Positions 37,425 through 47,026 of a DNA stretch of 64,000 nt are shown piece after piece. Source of the DNA: Candidatus Poribacteria bacterium (lineage in GTDB: Bacteria > Poribacteria > WGA-4E > WGA-3G); the NCBI GenBank assembly GCA_963665235.2, contig CAXXLX010000001.1, positions 1,534,902 to 1,598,901 on the forward strand, read 5' to 3'. A program made the translations under genes and the position numbers. The stretch's first letter is position 1. Every line of letters starts with the position of its first letter. The notes beneath the pieces were generated by a model that did no database searches, was not told where the DNA came from, and saw nothing but the letters and a program-made list of their open reading frames with translations.

Positions 37425-38450
37425 ATGGCGAAAGATGGTAAATACCAGGTTGGACTTGTTGGAACCGGCGGCATTGCGCGTGCACACGGCAACGCATGTC
37501 AACAGGCACCGAGTGCCGAATTAGCGGCAATCTGTGATGTGTCCGAGGGGGCATTAGCTGGGTTCGGTGAACAGTTCAACGTCGATGCAGAAAACCGCTA
37601 TCTCTCTTTAGAAGAGATGTTGGACGCTGAAGATTTGGACATTGCAATTATCTGTACATGGGGTGCATATCACGCTGAGGTAGGTATCCAAATCGCTGAG
37701 TCCCGCCAAGTCAAAGCCATTCTGTGTGAAAAACCTTTCACGTCAACAGCAGCAGAGGCGGAAGCCTTTGTCGGTGCTGCGCAAGCAAATGACGTTATAG
37801 TGGCGGAAGCGTTTAAGTTTCGGCATCATCCGATGCACATCAAGGCGAAAGAGCTGATCGATTCAGGCGCAATCGGTGAACTTATGACGTTACGTAGCAC
37901 TTTTTGCACAGGCGGGGGCGGCGGCGGGCCCGAATCACGTCGACCGGAAGCAAATTGGCGTTTTAACAAAGCGAAAGGGGGCGGAAGTATTTACGATTTG
38001 GCATGTTACAATATCCATCATGCACGGTTTATGTTCGGGGCTGAACCCATTCGCGTATCGGGCGCGTCACAAGCCGGGTTAGAAGTGGACGACGCTTCTT
38101 ATCTATTGTTAGTATTCCCGGAGGAACGAACCGCCCAGATTTCTACCGGTTTTAATTGTGCCGGCGGACAGTATGCCGAAATGGCCGGATTAGGCGGTCT
38201 GTGTAGAATAGATAGAGCGTGGAACAATGAAAACTCTCCCGTGAATATCGTTTTACAGAACCGGGAGGGGCATCAAGTCATCGAGATTGAGCCCTGTTTT
38301 CAGTTCGCATTGCAGCTGGAACACATGTGTGAATGTCTGGCAACTGGGAAACCGCATCGTATCTCCCCGGAGAGCTGCGTGAATCAGATGCGTGTTATAG
38401 ATGCCGCATTTGAAGCAATGGCAACCGGTCGGACAGTTGAATTGGGGTAA
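37425..38450 (+). CDS. Gfo/Idh/MocA family oxidoreductase
   Basis: 341 aa. VGLVGTGGIARAH and an EKP motif (LCEKPF). Confidence 0.85.
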   Translation: MAKDGKYQVGLVGTGGIARAHGNACQQAPSAELAAICDVSEGALAGFGEQFNVDAENRYLSLEEMLDAEDLDIAIICTWGAYHAEVGIQIAESRQVKAILCEKPFTSTAAEAEAFVGAAQANDVIVAEAFKFRHHPMHIKAKELIDSGAIGELMTLRSTFCTGGGGGGPESRRPEANWRFNKAKGGGSIYDLACYNIHHARFMFGAEPIRVSGASQAGLEVDDASYLLLVFPEERTAQISTGFNCAGGQYAEMAGLGGLCRIDRAWNNENSPVNIVLQNREGHQVIEIEPCFQFALQLEHMCECLATGKPHRISPESCVNQMRVIDAAFEAMATGRTVELG

Positions 38451-38592
38451 GTGCTTTCTCTGCACCGTCCAATCAACACGCTAAGACATATCGCAATCGG
38501 CTTTCGGTTTTCGGAAAGAAGGGTGTTGGAATTCCCTACCTCTCTACCTGACTGCTGTCTGCCGATTGCTATAAGCAAGGACAAGACAATTT

Positions 38593-39342
38593 ATGACGAA
38601 TTTCGCTGAAACGAAGGCACTCACGTTTGACCTATTCGGGACGATTTTAGACCTCGGTGGCAGTCTTACACCCTTTATTGCTGAATCTCTAGCGGCAAAC
38701 CCTGCTACGCATATAGTGACACCTAAAGCGAATAGGGGGCGAGGCGACCTCGCCCCTACGAATGTGTCTCCGGATGAATTTTGGGAGCTGTGGCGTTACA
38801 GACAACGGATAGAGCAATATCAAGATACGATGATGATGCTTGGGCATAGCGGCTATCTACAAACAGTTCGCCGCGCATTGCACTACACACTCCAGCACAG
38901 CGGCATCGACCCTTCACCCGATACTGTAGAAACGTTTATGCGGGGTTGGCAATACCTTTCACCCTTTCCAGAGGTTTTGGATGCCCTCGATAGACTAAAA
39001 GATAGGTATCGGTTAGTGGTGTTATCAAACGGTGACCCTGAGTTTCTTGACTATCTTGTCACACAGCGGGTCTCATGGGATTTTGACGACGTAATCTCGG
39101 TTACGTCTGTTGGCGCGTTTAAACCGCATCCAGCAGTCTACCGAGGGGCAGCGGGACAGCTAGGGCTTGAAGTTAATACCTGTTTGATGGTATCGGCAAA
39201 TTCTTTTGATGTTATGGGCGCGCGGGCATGTGGCTATAGCGGTGCGTTTGTCAACCGCTACAGCCTACCGTATGAGGATACCCCTTACCAACCCGATGTG
39301 ATAGTTCCTGATTTCACAGCGTTGGCAGACGCGTTGCTGTGA
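38593..39342 (+). CDS. HAD-superfamily hydrolase (haloacid dehalogenase type II-like)
   Basis: 249 aa. Motif I is FDLFGTILD. Also has WRYRQ..EQY, SNGD and a late FD pattern. Contains an extra segment encoded by a DNA hairpin (see findings). Confidence 0.7.
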   Translation: MTNFAETKALTFDLFGTILDLGGSLTPFIAESLAANPATHIVTPKANRGRGDLAPTNVSPDEFWELWRYRQRIEQYQDTMMMLGHSGYLQTVRRALHYTLQHSGIDPSPDTVETFMRGWQYLSPFPEVLDALDRLKDRYRLVVLSNGDPEFLDYLVTQRVSWDFDDVISVTSVGAFKPHPAVYRGAAGQLGLEVNTCLMVSANSFDVMGARACGYSGAFVNRYSLPYEDTPYQPDVIVPDFTALADALL

Positions 39343-39347
39343 GCAAA

Positions 39348-41909
39348 TTATTTGCGTATTAACATCTTCCGAGTTGCGGAGAATTTTCCCGCTTCTAGGG
39401 TGTAAAAATAGACTCCACTCGCTACAGGCTCACCTGCTTCGTTTTTGCCATCCCAATACGCTGCACGATTCCGACTGTGATAAAGCCCCGCAGCCTGATT
39501 GCCTAAGACTAACTGCCGAACCAATGTCCCATCCGCAGTATGTATAGATATACGGACATCCGCGGAGTTTGCCAACTGATACGGTATCCACGTCTCCGGG
39601 TTGAACGGGTTCGGATAGTTCGGAAGCAGCCCAGTCTTTTTGGGTGTTAATATTGCGAAAAGTTGTTGTAGGAAATGAATACCGCGTTGTGCCGTTGGTT
39701 CGGTAAGTGGCAGCTGCTGTGCTTGTGCGAGCCACTGCTGCACCGCTTTTGCGGTAAGCGTAGGCGGTACCTTTTGATACACGGAGGGTGCTGCCGCTGC
39801 GTCGGCAAGTGCTGCTGCAACCTGGATAAGGTCTGCAATGTTGACAACGCCATCCCCGTTGACATCGGCAGGATTTGGACCTGTCTGTCCGAAGTTTGCA
39901 GCGACGATGACTAAATCGTGAACATCTACGACACCATCCCTGTTTACATCCGCTTCAAGTGGAATCAACTGTTCGGGTGGTATTTGTCCGGGGTTGATTA
40001 TGGAAGGCAAATCCCATAAAAGTATTGTCCCGTACCAATTACTAGTAGCGAAGGTTTTTCCATCCGGACTGAACACAAGGTCATCAATCCCATTTGGCAT
40101 GCCTCTTAGGATTGATTCACTTTCGCCACTTATTGCATCCCAAATTTGCACTGTTCCCTCGCTTCCAGCAGTTATGAGCGTCTGTCCATCTGGACTAAAC
40201 GCAAGCTCGATATAGCGATCGGTCTGCTCAATAGGGATTATCTTTCTGTCACTACTATTAATACTCCACAAATAGAGTTCTCTATTTTTCCATACAATAG
40301 CGAGGGTATTTCCATCCGGACTAAACGCAATATTACTGATTCTGCTTCTGTACGCGGGTGCATGGAATGTCGCTATGGCCTGTCTACTTTCAATATCCCA
40401 CAAACGTATTTCTGAATCGATGCCAATTGCAAGTTTCTGTCCATCCGGACTGAAAGTAACAGCTAAATAGCCTTCCTGACGTTCACCTTCAGAGATTGTC
40501 CATATAGGATTACCCGTAGCAACATCCCAAAAAATTGCCTTTTTAGTGGATGTTGCCAAAATGCGTCCATCTGGACTAAAGTTAACATTAGAACCAGAGG
40601 TTTTGTGTCCGAGAAGCGTTGCCTTCTGTGTGCCTGAGGCAGCATCCCATAACCTTACTGTGTGGTCAACGGCGAACCAGTAATAGCCAGAAATTGAGCC
40701 ACCACTACTAGCTATAGTCTGCCCATCTGAACTAAAGTCGACAGATACAGCAGGGGTTGGATGTCCCCGGAGGGTTCTTGTGTTTTTACTTGTTGTGGTA
40801 TCCCAGAGCCGCAGCGTTTTATCCTGCCCTGCGCTTACAATTGTCTGTCCAGTCGGACTGAAGGCGATATCAGAGAATCCGCTGGTATGTCCTGTTATTG
40901 TTATTTTTTGCTGTAGGCTCTCCGTATCCCATAAAATGATTGTGCTGTCGAAGCTACCGGTAGCGAGCAGAGTTCCCTCCGGATTAAAAGCAACACTTAC
41001 GACTTCGTCCGTATGTGCTATGAGGGTCGTTTTATAGCCGCTCGTAGCAACGTCCCATAGACACGTCGTGCCATCCTTGCTGCCACTTGCGAGGGTGCGG
41101 CTATCTGGACTGAAGTCGACACTTCTGAAACTATGCACGCGCCGTCTAAGGATAGTTTTACGTCTGCCGGTAGCGACATCCCACAGATGGGCTCGGCTTT
41201 CCAACCAACCTTCATGCCCTGCGAGAGTTTTTCCATCCGGACTGAAGGTAACATTCTCAGTACCCCAGCCAATCTCGTTGTCTGTTGTGAGAGTGGTTTT
41301 GAGTTCACCCGTGGCAACATCCCACAACTTTACCGTGTTCTCTTCATCATCCCCCCCGCTTGCAAGGGTTTTCCCATCTGGACTGAAGGCGATACTGCTA
41401 ATATCATCTCTATGTCCCATAAACGTGGTTTTCAGTGCTCCAGTCGCAACGTCCCAAAGCTTCACTGTTGGCTCTTCGTAGTCACCCGCAGTAGCGAGGG
41501 TTTTTCCATCCGGACTGAACGCGACATCTGATATTTCGTTCGAGTGTGCTGCCACTACGATTTTGCGTTCGCCTGTAGCAACGTCCCATATATAAAATTC
41601 TGCGCCACTGCTACTTGTGAGGGTTTTCCCATCTGGACTGAAGTCGACACTTGAAACATACCCTATATGATTGGTGAGCAGCTTGCGTTCTTTCCCTGTG
41701 CGTACATCGTAAAGCCAAACGCCTATAGAACTCGGCACAGCGAGCAGGGAAGTATATCGTGAAAAGATTATATTGCCAGAGATTCTTCCCTTCCCAAGGC
41801 GCATTTTGGCACCCGCGGGCAACCCCCATCGTTCGCTTGAAAAAGCAGGTGGTAAAAAGCATGTTGCTATAAGAAGTAGTGCTAAAATGGTAAATCGTAT
41901 CGTTTTCAT
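39348..41909 (-). CDS. WD40 array gene A1: signal peptide + 14 WD40 blades + dockerin-like module + T9SS-type CTD
   Basis: 853 aa. 14 WD-type blade endings (LWDV.TG and similar). DVNRDGVVDVHDL...DVNGDGVVNIADL. C-terminus LLPNYPNPFNPETWIPYQL...GVYFYTL. Confidence 0.85.
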   Translation of the reverse strand: MKTIRFTILALLLIATCFLPPAFSSERWGLPAGAKMRLGKGRISGNIIFSRYTSLLAVPSSIGVWLYDVRTGKERKLLTNHIGYVSSVDFSPDGKTLTSSSGAEFYIWDVATGERKIVVAAHSNEISDVAFSPDGKTLATAGDYEEPTVKLWDVATGALKTTFMGHRDDISSIAFSPDGKTLASGGDDEENTVKLWDVATGELKTTLTTDNEIGWGTENVTFSPDGKTLAGHEGWLESRAHLWDVATGRRKTILRRRVHSFRSVDFSPDSRTLASGSKDGTTCLWDVATSGYKTTLIAHTDEVVSVAFNPEGTLLATGSFDSTIILWDTESLQQKITITGHTSGFSDIAFSPTGQTIVSAGQDKTLRLWDTTTSKNTRTLRGHPTPAVSVDFSSDGQTIASSGGSISGYYWFAVDHTVRLWDAASGTQKATLLGHKTSGSNVNFSPDGRILATSTKKAIFWDVATGNPIWTISEGERQEGYLAVTFSPDGQKLAIGIDSEIRLWDIESRQAIATFHAPAYRSRISNIAFSPDGNTLAIVWKNRELYLWSINSSDRKIIPIEQTDRYIELAFSPDGQTLITAGSEGTVQIWDAISGESESILRGMPNGIDDLVFSPDGKTFATSNWYGTILLWDLPSIINPGQIPPEQLIPLEADVNRDGVVDVHDLVIVAANFGQTGPNPADVNGDGVVNIADLIQVAAALADAAAAPSVYQKVPPTLTAKAVQQWLAQAQQLPLTEPTAQRGIHFLQQLFAILTPKKTGLLPNYPNPFNPETWIPYQLANSADVRISIHTADGTLVRQLVLGNQAAGLYHSRNRAAYWDGKNEAGEPVASGVYFYTLEAGKFSATRKMLIRK

Positions 41910-41920
41910 AATCTCCTCTC

Positions 41921-44485
41921 CTATTTTCGTATTACCATTCGCCGTGTAGCTGTTACATCGTCTGCGGATAGTGTGTAGAAATACACCCCGCTTGCGACCG
42001 GTTCACCCCGTTCATTTTTTCCATCCCAATAGGCAGCACGGTTTTGATTTTGATAAATACCGGCAGGCTGATGCCCTAACTTTAGCACTCGAACCAAGTG
42101 CCCCGTGGCAGAATGGATTCGAAGTGTCACCTCGGCGGCGTTTGCCAACTGATAAGGTATCCACGTCTCCGGGTTGAACGGGTTCGGATAGTTCGGAAGC
42201 AGCACAGTCTTTTTGGGTGTTAATATTGCGAAAAGTTGTTGTAAGAAATGGATACCCCGTTGCTCCGTTGGCTCGGTAAGTGGAAGCTGCTGTGCTTGTG
42301 CAAGCCACTGCTGCAACGCTTTTGCGGTAAGCGTAGGCGGTACCTTTTGATACACAGATGGTGCTGCGGCTGCATCGGCAAGTGCTGCTGCAACCTGGAT
42401 AAGGTCTGCAATGTTGACAACGCCATCCCCGTTGACATCGGCAGGATTTGGACCTGTCTGTCCGAAGTTTGCAGCGACGATGACTAAATCGTACACGTCT
42501 TCGACACCATCCCTGTTTACATCCGCTTCAAGTGGAATCAACTGTTCGGGTGGCATTTGTCCGGGGTTGACTATGAAAGGAAAATCCCATAAAAGTATTG
42601 TCCCATCCCAACTACTAGTAGCGAAGGTTTTTCCATCCGGACTGAACACAAGACTATCAATCCCATTTGGCATGCCCATGAGGGTTGATTTACTTTCGCC
42701 ACTTATTGCATCCCAAATTTGCACCGTTCCGTCCCTTCCAGCAGTTATGAGTGTCTGCCCATCTGGACTAAACGCAAGCTCGATGTAGTAACTAGTCTGC
42801 TCAATAGGGATTATTTTTCTGTCGCTACTATTAATACTCCACAAATAGAGTTCTCTGTTTTTCCATACAATAGCAATGGTATTTCCATCCGGACTAAACG
42901 CAATATTGCTGATTCTGCTTCTGTACGCGGGTGCATGGAATGTCGCTATGGCCTGTCTACTTTCAATATCCCACAAACGTATTTCTGAATCGATGCCAAT
43001 TGCAAGTTTCTGCCAATCCGGACTGAAAGTAACAGTTAAATAGCCTTGCCTACGTTCATCTTCAGGGATTGTCCATATAAGATTACCGGTAGCAACGTCC
43101 CAAAAAATTACCTTTCTAGTGGACTTAGCCAAAATTCGTCCATCTGGACTAAAGGTAACATTACCACCAGAGGTTTTGTCTCCGAAAAGCGTTGCCTTAT
43201 GTTTGCCCGAGGCAGCGTCCCATAACCTTACTGTGTGGTCAACGGCGAACCAGCCAGTGCCAGAAATCAAGGTGCCACTACTGGCTATAGTGTGTCCATC
43301 TGAACTAAAGTCTACAGACCCAACAGGCGTTGGATGTCCCCGGAGGGTTCTTGTGTTTTTACCTGTTGTAGTATCCCAGAGCCGCAGCGTTTTATCCTGC
43401 CCTGCGCTTACAATTGTCTGTCCAGTCGGACTGAAGGCGATATCAGAGAATCCGCTGGTATGTCCTGTTATTGTTATTTTTTGCTGTAGGCTCTCTGTAT
43501 CCCATAAAATGATTGTGCTGTCCCAGCTTGCGGTAGCCAGCGTAGTTCCATCCGGACTGAACGCCACACTTGCGATTGCATCCGTATGCGCTATGAGGGC
43601 CGTTTTATAGCTGCCCGTAGCAACGTCCCATAGACACACCGTGCCATCCATGCTGCTACTTGCGAGGGTGCGGCTATCTGGACTGAAGTCGACACTTGTG
43701 GTCCCACCCATGTGCCCTATAAGGGGAGCTTTAGGTGTGCCGGTAGCAACATCCCATAGAAACAATTGCTTTCCCCACCAACCTTCACACGCTGCGAGGG
43801 TTTTCCCATCCGGACTGAAGGCAATATTCCTGACACCCCGGAGGCCGAACTCATCCTTTGTTGTAAGAGTGGCTTTGAGTTCCTCCGTGGCAACATCCCA
43901 CAATTCTATCGTATTTTCTTCATCATAACCCCCGCTCGCGAGGGTTTTCCCATCCGGACTGAAGGCGATACTCCTAATATCATCTGTATGTCCCCTAAAC
44001 GTGGTCTTCAGTGCTCCCGTGGCAACGTCCCAAAGCTTCACTGTTGGCCCCTCGTAGTCACCCGCAGTCGCGAGGATTTTCCCATCCGGACTGAAGGCAA
44101 CATCTGAGATTTCATTCGAGTGTGCTGCCACTACGATTTTGCGTTCACCTGTAGCAACGTCCCATATATAAAATTCTGATCCACTGCTACTTGCGAGGGT
44201 TTTCCCATCCGGACTGAAGTCGACACTTGAAACATATCCTGTATGATTGGTGAGCAGATTGCGCTCTTTCCCCGTGCGTGCATCGTAAAGCCAAACCCCT
44301 ATAGAACTTGGCACAGCGAGCAGGGAAGTATATCGTGAAAAGATTATATTCTCATAGACTATTCCCTTCCCAAGGCGCATTTTGGCACCCGGGGGCAAAC
44401 CCCATCGTTCGCTTGAAAAGGCTGGTGGTAAAAAGCATGTTGCTATAAAAAGTAATGTTAAAATAGTAAATCGCACCGTTTTCAT
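41921..44485 (-). CDS. WD40 array gene A2 (type A body, B-type CTD)
   Basis: 854 aa with the same architecture. Its stop is 11 nt before the A1 start codon (spacer GAGAGGAGATT). Confidence 0.85.
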   Translation of the reverse strand: MKTVRFTILTLLFIATCFLPPAFSSERWGLPPGAKMRLGKGIVYENIIFSRYTSLLAVPSSIGVWLYDARTGKERNLLTNHTGYVSSVDFSPDGKTLASSSGSEFYIWDVATGERKIVVAAHSNEISDVAFSPDGKILATAGDYEGPTVKLWDVATGALKTTFRGHTDDIRSIAFSPDGKTLASGGYDEENTIELWDVATEELKATLTTKDEFGLRGVRNIAFSPDGKTLAACEGWWGKQLFLWDVATGTPKAPLIGHMGGTTSVDFSPDSRTLASSSMDGTVCLWDVATGSYKTALIAHTDAIASVAFSPDGTTLATASWDSTIILWDTESLQQKITITGHTSGFSDIAFSPTGQTIVSAGQDKTLRLWDTTTGKNTRTLRGHPTPVGSVDFSSDGHTIASSGTLISGTGWFAVDHTVRLWDAASGKHKATLFGDKTSGGNVTFSPDGRILAKSTRKVIFWDVATGNLIWTIPEDERRQGYLTVTFSPDWQKLAIGIDSEIRLWDIESRQAIATFHAPAYRSRISNIAFSPDGNTIAIVWKNRELYLWSINSSDRKIIPIEQTSYYIELAFSPDGQTLITAGRDGTVQIWDAISGESKSTLMGMPNGIDSLVFSPDGKTFATSSWDGTILLWDFPFIVNPGQMPPEQLIPLEADVNRDGVEDVYDLVIVAANFGQTGPNPADVNGDGVVNIADLIQVAAALADAAAAPSVYQKVPPTLTAKALQQWLAQAQQLPLTEPTEQRGIHFLQQLFAILTPKKTVLLPNYPNPFNPETWIPYQLANAAEVTLRIHSATGHLVRVLKLGHQPAGIYQNQNRAAYWDGKNERGEPVASGVYFYTLSADDVTATRRMVIRK

Positions 44486-44495
44486 CCTATACCTC

Positions 44496-47015
44496 CTATT
44501 TTCGTATTACCATTCGCCGTGTAGCTGTTACATCGTCTGCGGAGAGTGTGTAGAAATACACCCCGCTAGCGACCGGTTCACCGCGCTCATTTTTTCCATC
44601 CCAATAGGCGGCACGGCTTTGATGTTGATAAATACCGGCAGGCTGATGCCCTAACTTTAGCACTCGAACCAAGTGCCCCGTGGCAGAATAGATTCGAAGT
44701 GTCACCTCGGCGGAGTTTGCTAACTGATAAGGTATCCACGTCTCCGGGTTGAACGGGTTCGGGTAGTTGGGGAGCAGCACAGTCTTTTCAGGAATTAATA
44801 CAGTCAAAAGTTGCTCAAGCCTTGCAATTCCTTTCTGTAAAGTAGGGGTGTTGCTGCTAACTTGCCGCGCTTGGCTTAACCAATCTCGCACCTCCGCAGC
44901 GGTAAGCAGGTCTATAGGGTGTGAACGGCTTGAGGGTGCGCTGCTTCCGTTTTCGAGTGCAGCGGCAACTAATAAAATATCCTCTATGTTGACGATGCCA
45001 TCTGCGTTCACATCGGCATCACTTTCCTGTTCAGACTGCCCGAGTTGGGAGGCTACAAAGATTAGATCTTGAAGGTCTACGACACCATCACGATTCACAT
45101 CCTCAGCGTGTTGGACAGGGGCAACGGGACCGTCTGAAAAAGTGGTGGCATCCCACAAAAGCACCGTCCCATCCGAACTTCCACTTGCAAGCGTTTTTCC
45201 ATCCGGACTAAAGACGATATTGCGAACACTATACCTATGCCCTGTGCGGGTAAGTTTCAGGTCGCCAGTCGCAACATCCCAAAATCGCAGTGAGGTGTCG
45301 TCATAGCCTGCCCCGCTACTAACGAGCGTTCTACCATCAATACTGAAGTCGAGACTATTTATCCCATCGGTATATCCTGTATGGATAACACGCGATTCAT
45401 CGGTGGCAACATTCCATAGAATAATCGTATTGTCCTTACTACCACTTGCAACTATGCTAGCATCCGGATTAAATGCAACGTCATATACACGGTCTGTATG
45501 CCCAGTGAAAAGCCCTATCTGGTTGCCAGACGCAAAATCCCACAAACGGACTGTCCTATCGTGACTTCCACTCACAAGGATACGGCTATCCTGACTGAGG
45601 TCAATTGAAGTAACCCCTGCCGTATGTCCAGTAAATGCCGCTACCTGGGTGCGCCCCAAACGCCATATATGCACTGCTGTACTGGTATCGCTCGCCCCCG
45701 CGAGAAATTGACCATCTGGACTGAAGACAACCTCGCTAAATCCCCAACTCTCGGTTAACCTGTCTCCACCATACCCTTCGAGTGCTGCAATGTACGTGCC
45801 ACGGCTCACATCCCAAAGAAATACCACTGAATATGAATAACAAGCGAGGGTGTTTCCATCCGGACTGAAAGCTAAGCTACGATTAAATGACCAATCCCTC
45901 AAATATATGCCTGTTTTGTATTCGGCTGTAGCAGGGGCCCATAGATGGATTTCTTCCCTACCTCCAGTAGCAAGTGTTTTTCCATCCGGGCTGAAGGCGA
46001 TTGCTGCAACTCCGATCGTATGACCCGAAATAGACAGCTTGCGTGTACGGCTTTTAACGTCCCACAGAAATAACCCGCTTCCGCCACCGCTTGCGAGAGT
46101 AGTGCCATCCGGGCTGAAAGCGATACCGCTAACTCCCCAGGGATGCCCGCTAAGTTCGGCTATATGCGTCCCATCAGCAGCGTTCCAAAGATGCAAATCT
46201 CCCCTACCGCCAGCAATCGTGTTGCCATCCGGACTGAGCGCAATGCGATATATATTTGAACCTGTCCTGAATTTTTGCTGTTTCCTAGTCTCAATATCCC
46301 ATAGGTTGATAGTGTTCCCGTCCACAGCTATAAGTTTGCTACTATCCTGGCTGAAAAGTAGACGATCATATCCGCGCGCGTACTCGGATAAAGTGGTTTT
46401 GTGTGTAGCCGTCGCAACATCCCACAAGCGTAACGTGTTATCGTAACTCCGACTCGCAAGTGTGGTGCCATCAGGACTAAATGCAATTGCGTCCACAGAT
46501 TTAGTATGGCCGGTGAACGTAGCTCTTTGCTCGCCAGTGGTAAGTGACCAAAGCTGAATCTCTTCTCCGACACCGTAGGCAAACATCTTACTATCTGCAC
46601 TAAAGGTGCTCCTATCTGCCCAGAAGACGACCCTACGAATATCCTCCGCATCCGCTTTTAGTGTTGCTTTCACGCTGTTAGTTGTGAGGTCGCGCACCCG
46701 CACTATATCGTCCGCGTCCAAACTAACATACGTCTGAGCATCCGGGCTCACCCCGATAAAAGTTGACGGACCTAATGCGATAAAATCCAATTCCACACCC
46801 GTGTGTGTATCATAAATCCATAAACCTATAGAACTTTGAACAATCAGCCGGTTGCCATCATGGGAAAACATTAAATTCCCTACAGACCCCTTACCAAGTC
46901 GTGCTACTGCCCCTTCAGGTAAATCCCACCGTGTATAATCTTCCGCAAAAACGTTTGCTAGAAAAAGAGGGAAAACCAATAGTAATGCTAAAATCGACAG
47001 TTTTATATTTTTCAT
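44496..47015 (-). CDS. WD40 array gene B1
   Basis: 839 aa. Type-B N-terminus (AEDYTRWDLPEGA). Same propeller, dockerin-like and CTD order. 10-nt spacer to A2. Confidence 0.85.
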   Translation of the reverse strand: MKNIKLSILALLLVFPLFLANVFAEDYTRWDLPEGAVARLGKGSVGNLMFSHDGNRLIVQSSIGLWIYDTHTGVELDFIALGPSTFIGVSPDAQTYVSLDADDIVRVRDLTTNSVKATLKADAEDIRRVVFWADRSTFSADSKMFAYGVGEEIQLWSLTTGEQRATFTGHTKSVDAIAFSPDGTTLASRSYDNTLRLWDVATATHKTTLSEYARGYDRLLFSQDSSKLIAVDGNTINLWDIETRKQQKFRTGSNIYRIALSPDGNTIAGGRGDLHLWNAADGTHIAELSGHPWGVSGIAFSPDGTTLASGGGSGLFLWDVKSRTRKLSISGHTIGVAAIAFSPDGKTLATGGREEIHLWAPATAEYKTGIYLRDWSFNRSLAFSPDGNTLACYSYSVVFLWDVSRGTYIAALEGYGGDRLTESWGFSEVVFSPDGQFLAGASDTSTAVHIWRLGRTQVAAFTGHTAGVTSIDLSQDSRILVSGSHDRTVRLWDFASGNQIGLFTGHTDRVYDVAFNPDASIVASGSKDNTIILWNVATDESRVIHTGYTDGINSLDFSIDGRTLVSSGAGYDDTSLRFWDVATGDLKLTRTGHRYSVRNIVFSPDGKTLASGSSDGTVLLWDATTFSDGPVAPVQHAEDVNRDGVVDLQDLIFVASQLGQSEQESDADVNADGIVNIEDILLVAAALENGSSAPSSRSHPIDLLTAAEVRDWLSQARQVSSNTPTLQKGIARLEQLLTVLIPEKTVLLPNYPNPFNPETWIPYQLANSAEVTLRIYSATGHLVRVLKLGHQPAGIYQHQSRAAYWDGKNERGEPVASGVYFYTLSADDVTATRRMVIRK

Positions 47016-47026
47016 AAGTGCCTCTC

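Noticed and set aside
43119-43610. Long plus-strand ORFs lie antisense to the WD40 array genes. Examples are 40780-41037, 41068-41481, 43119-43610, 46039-46446, 50816-51250 and 53695-53907.
   Set aside because: They are mirror ORFs created by the repetitive codon composition of the minus-strand genes. The minus-strand frames are full-length and domain-coherent, with start, Shine-Dalgarno and stop signals.
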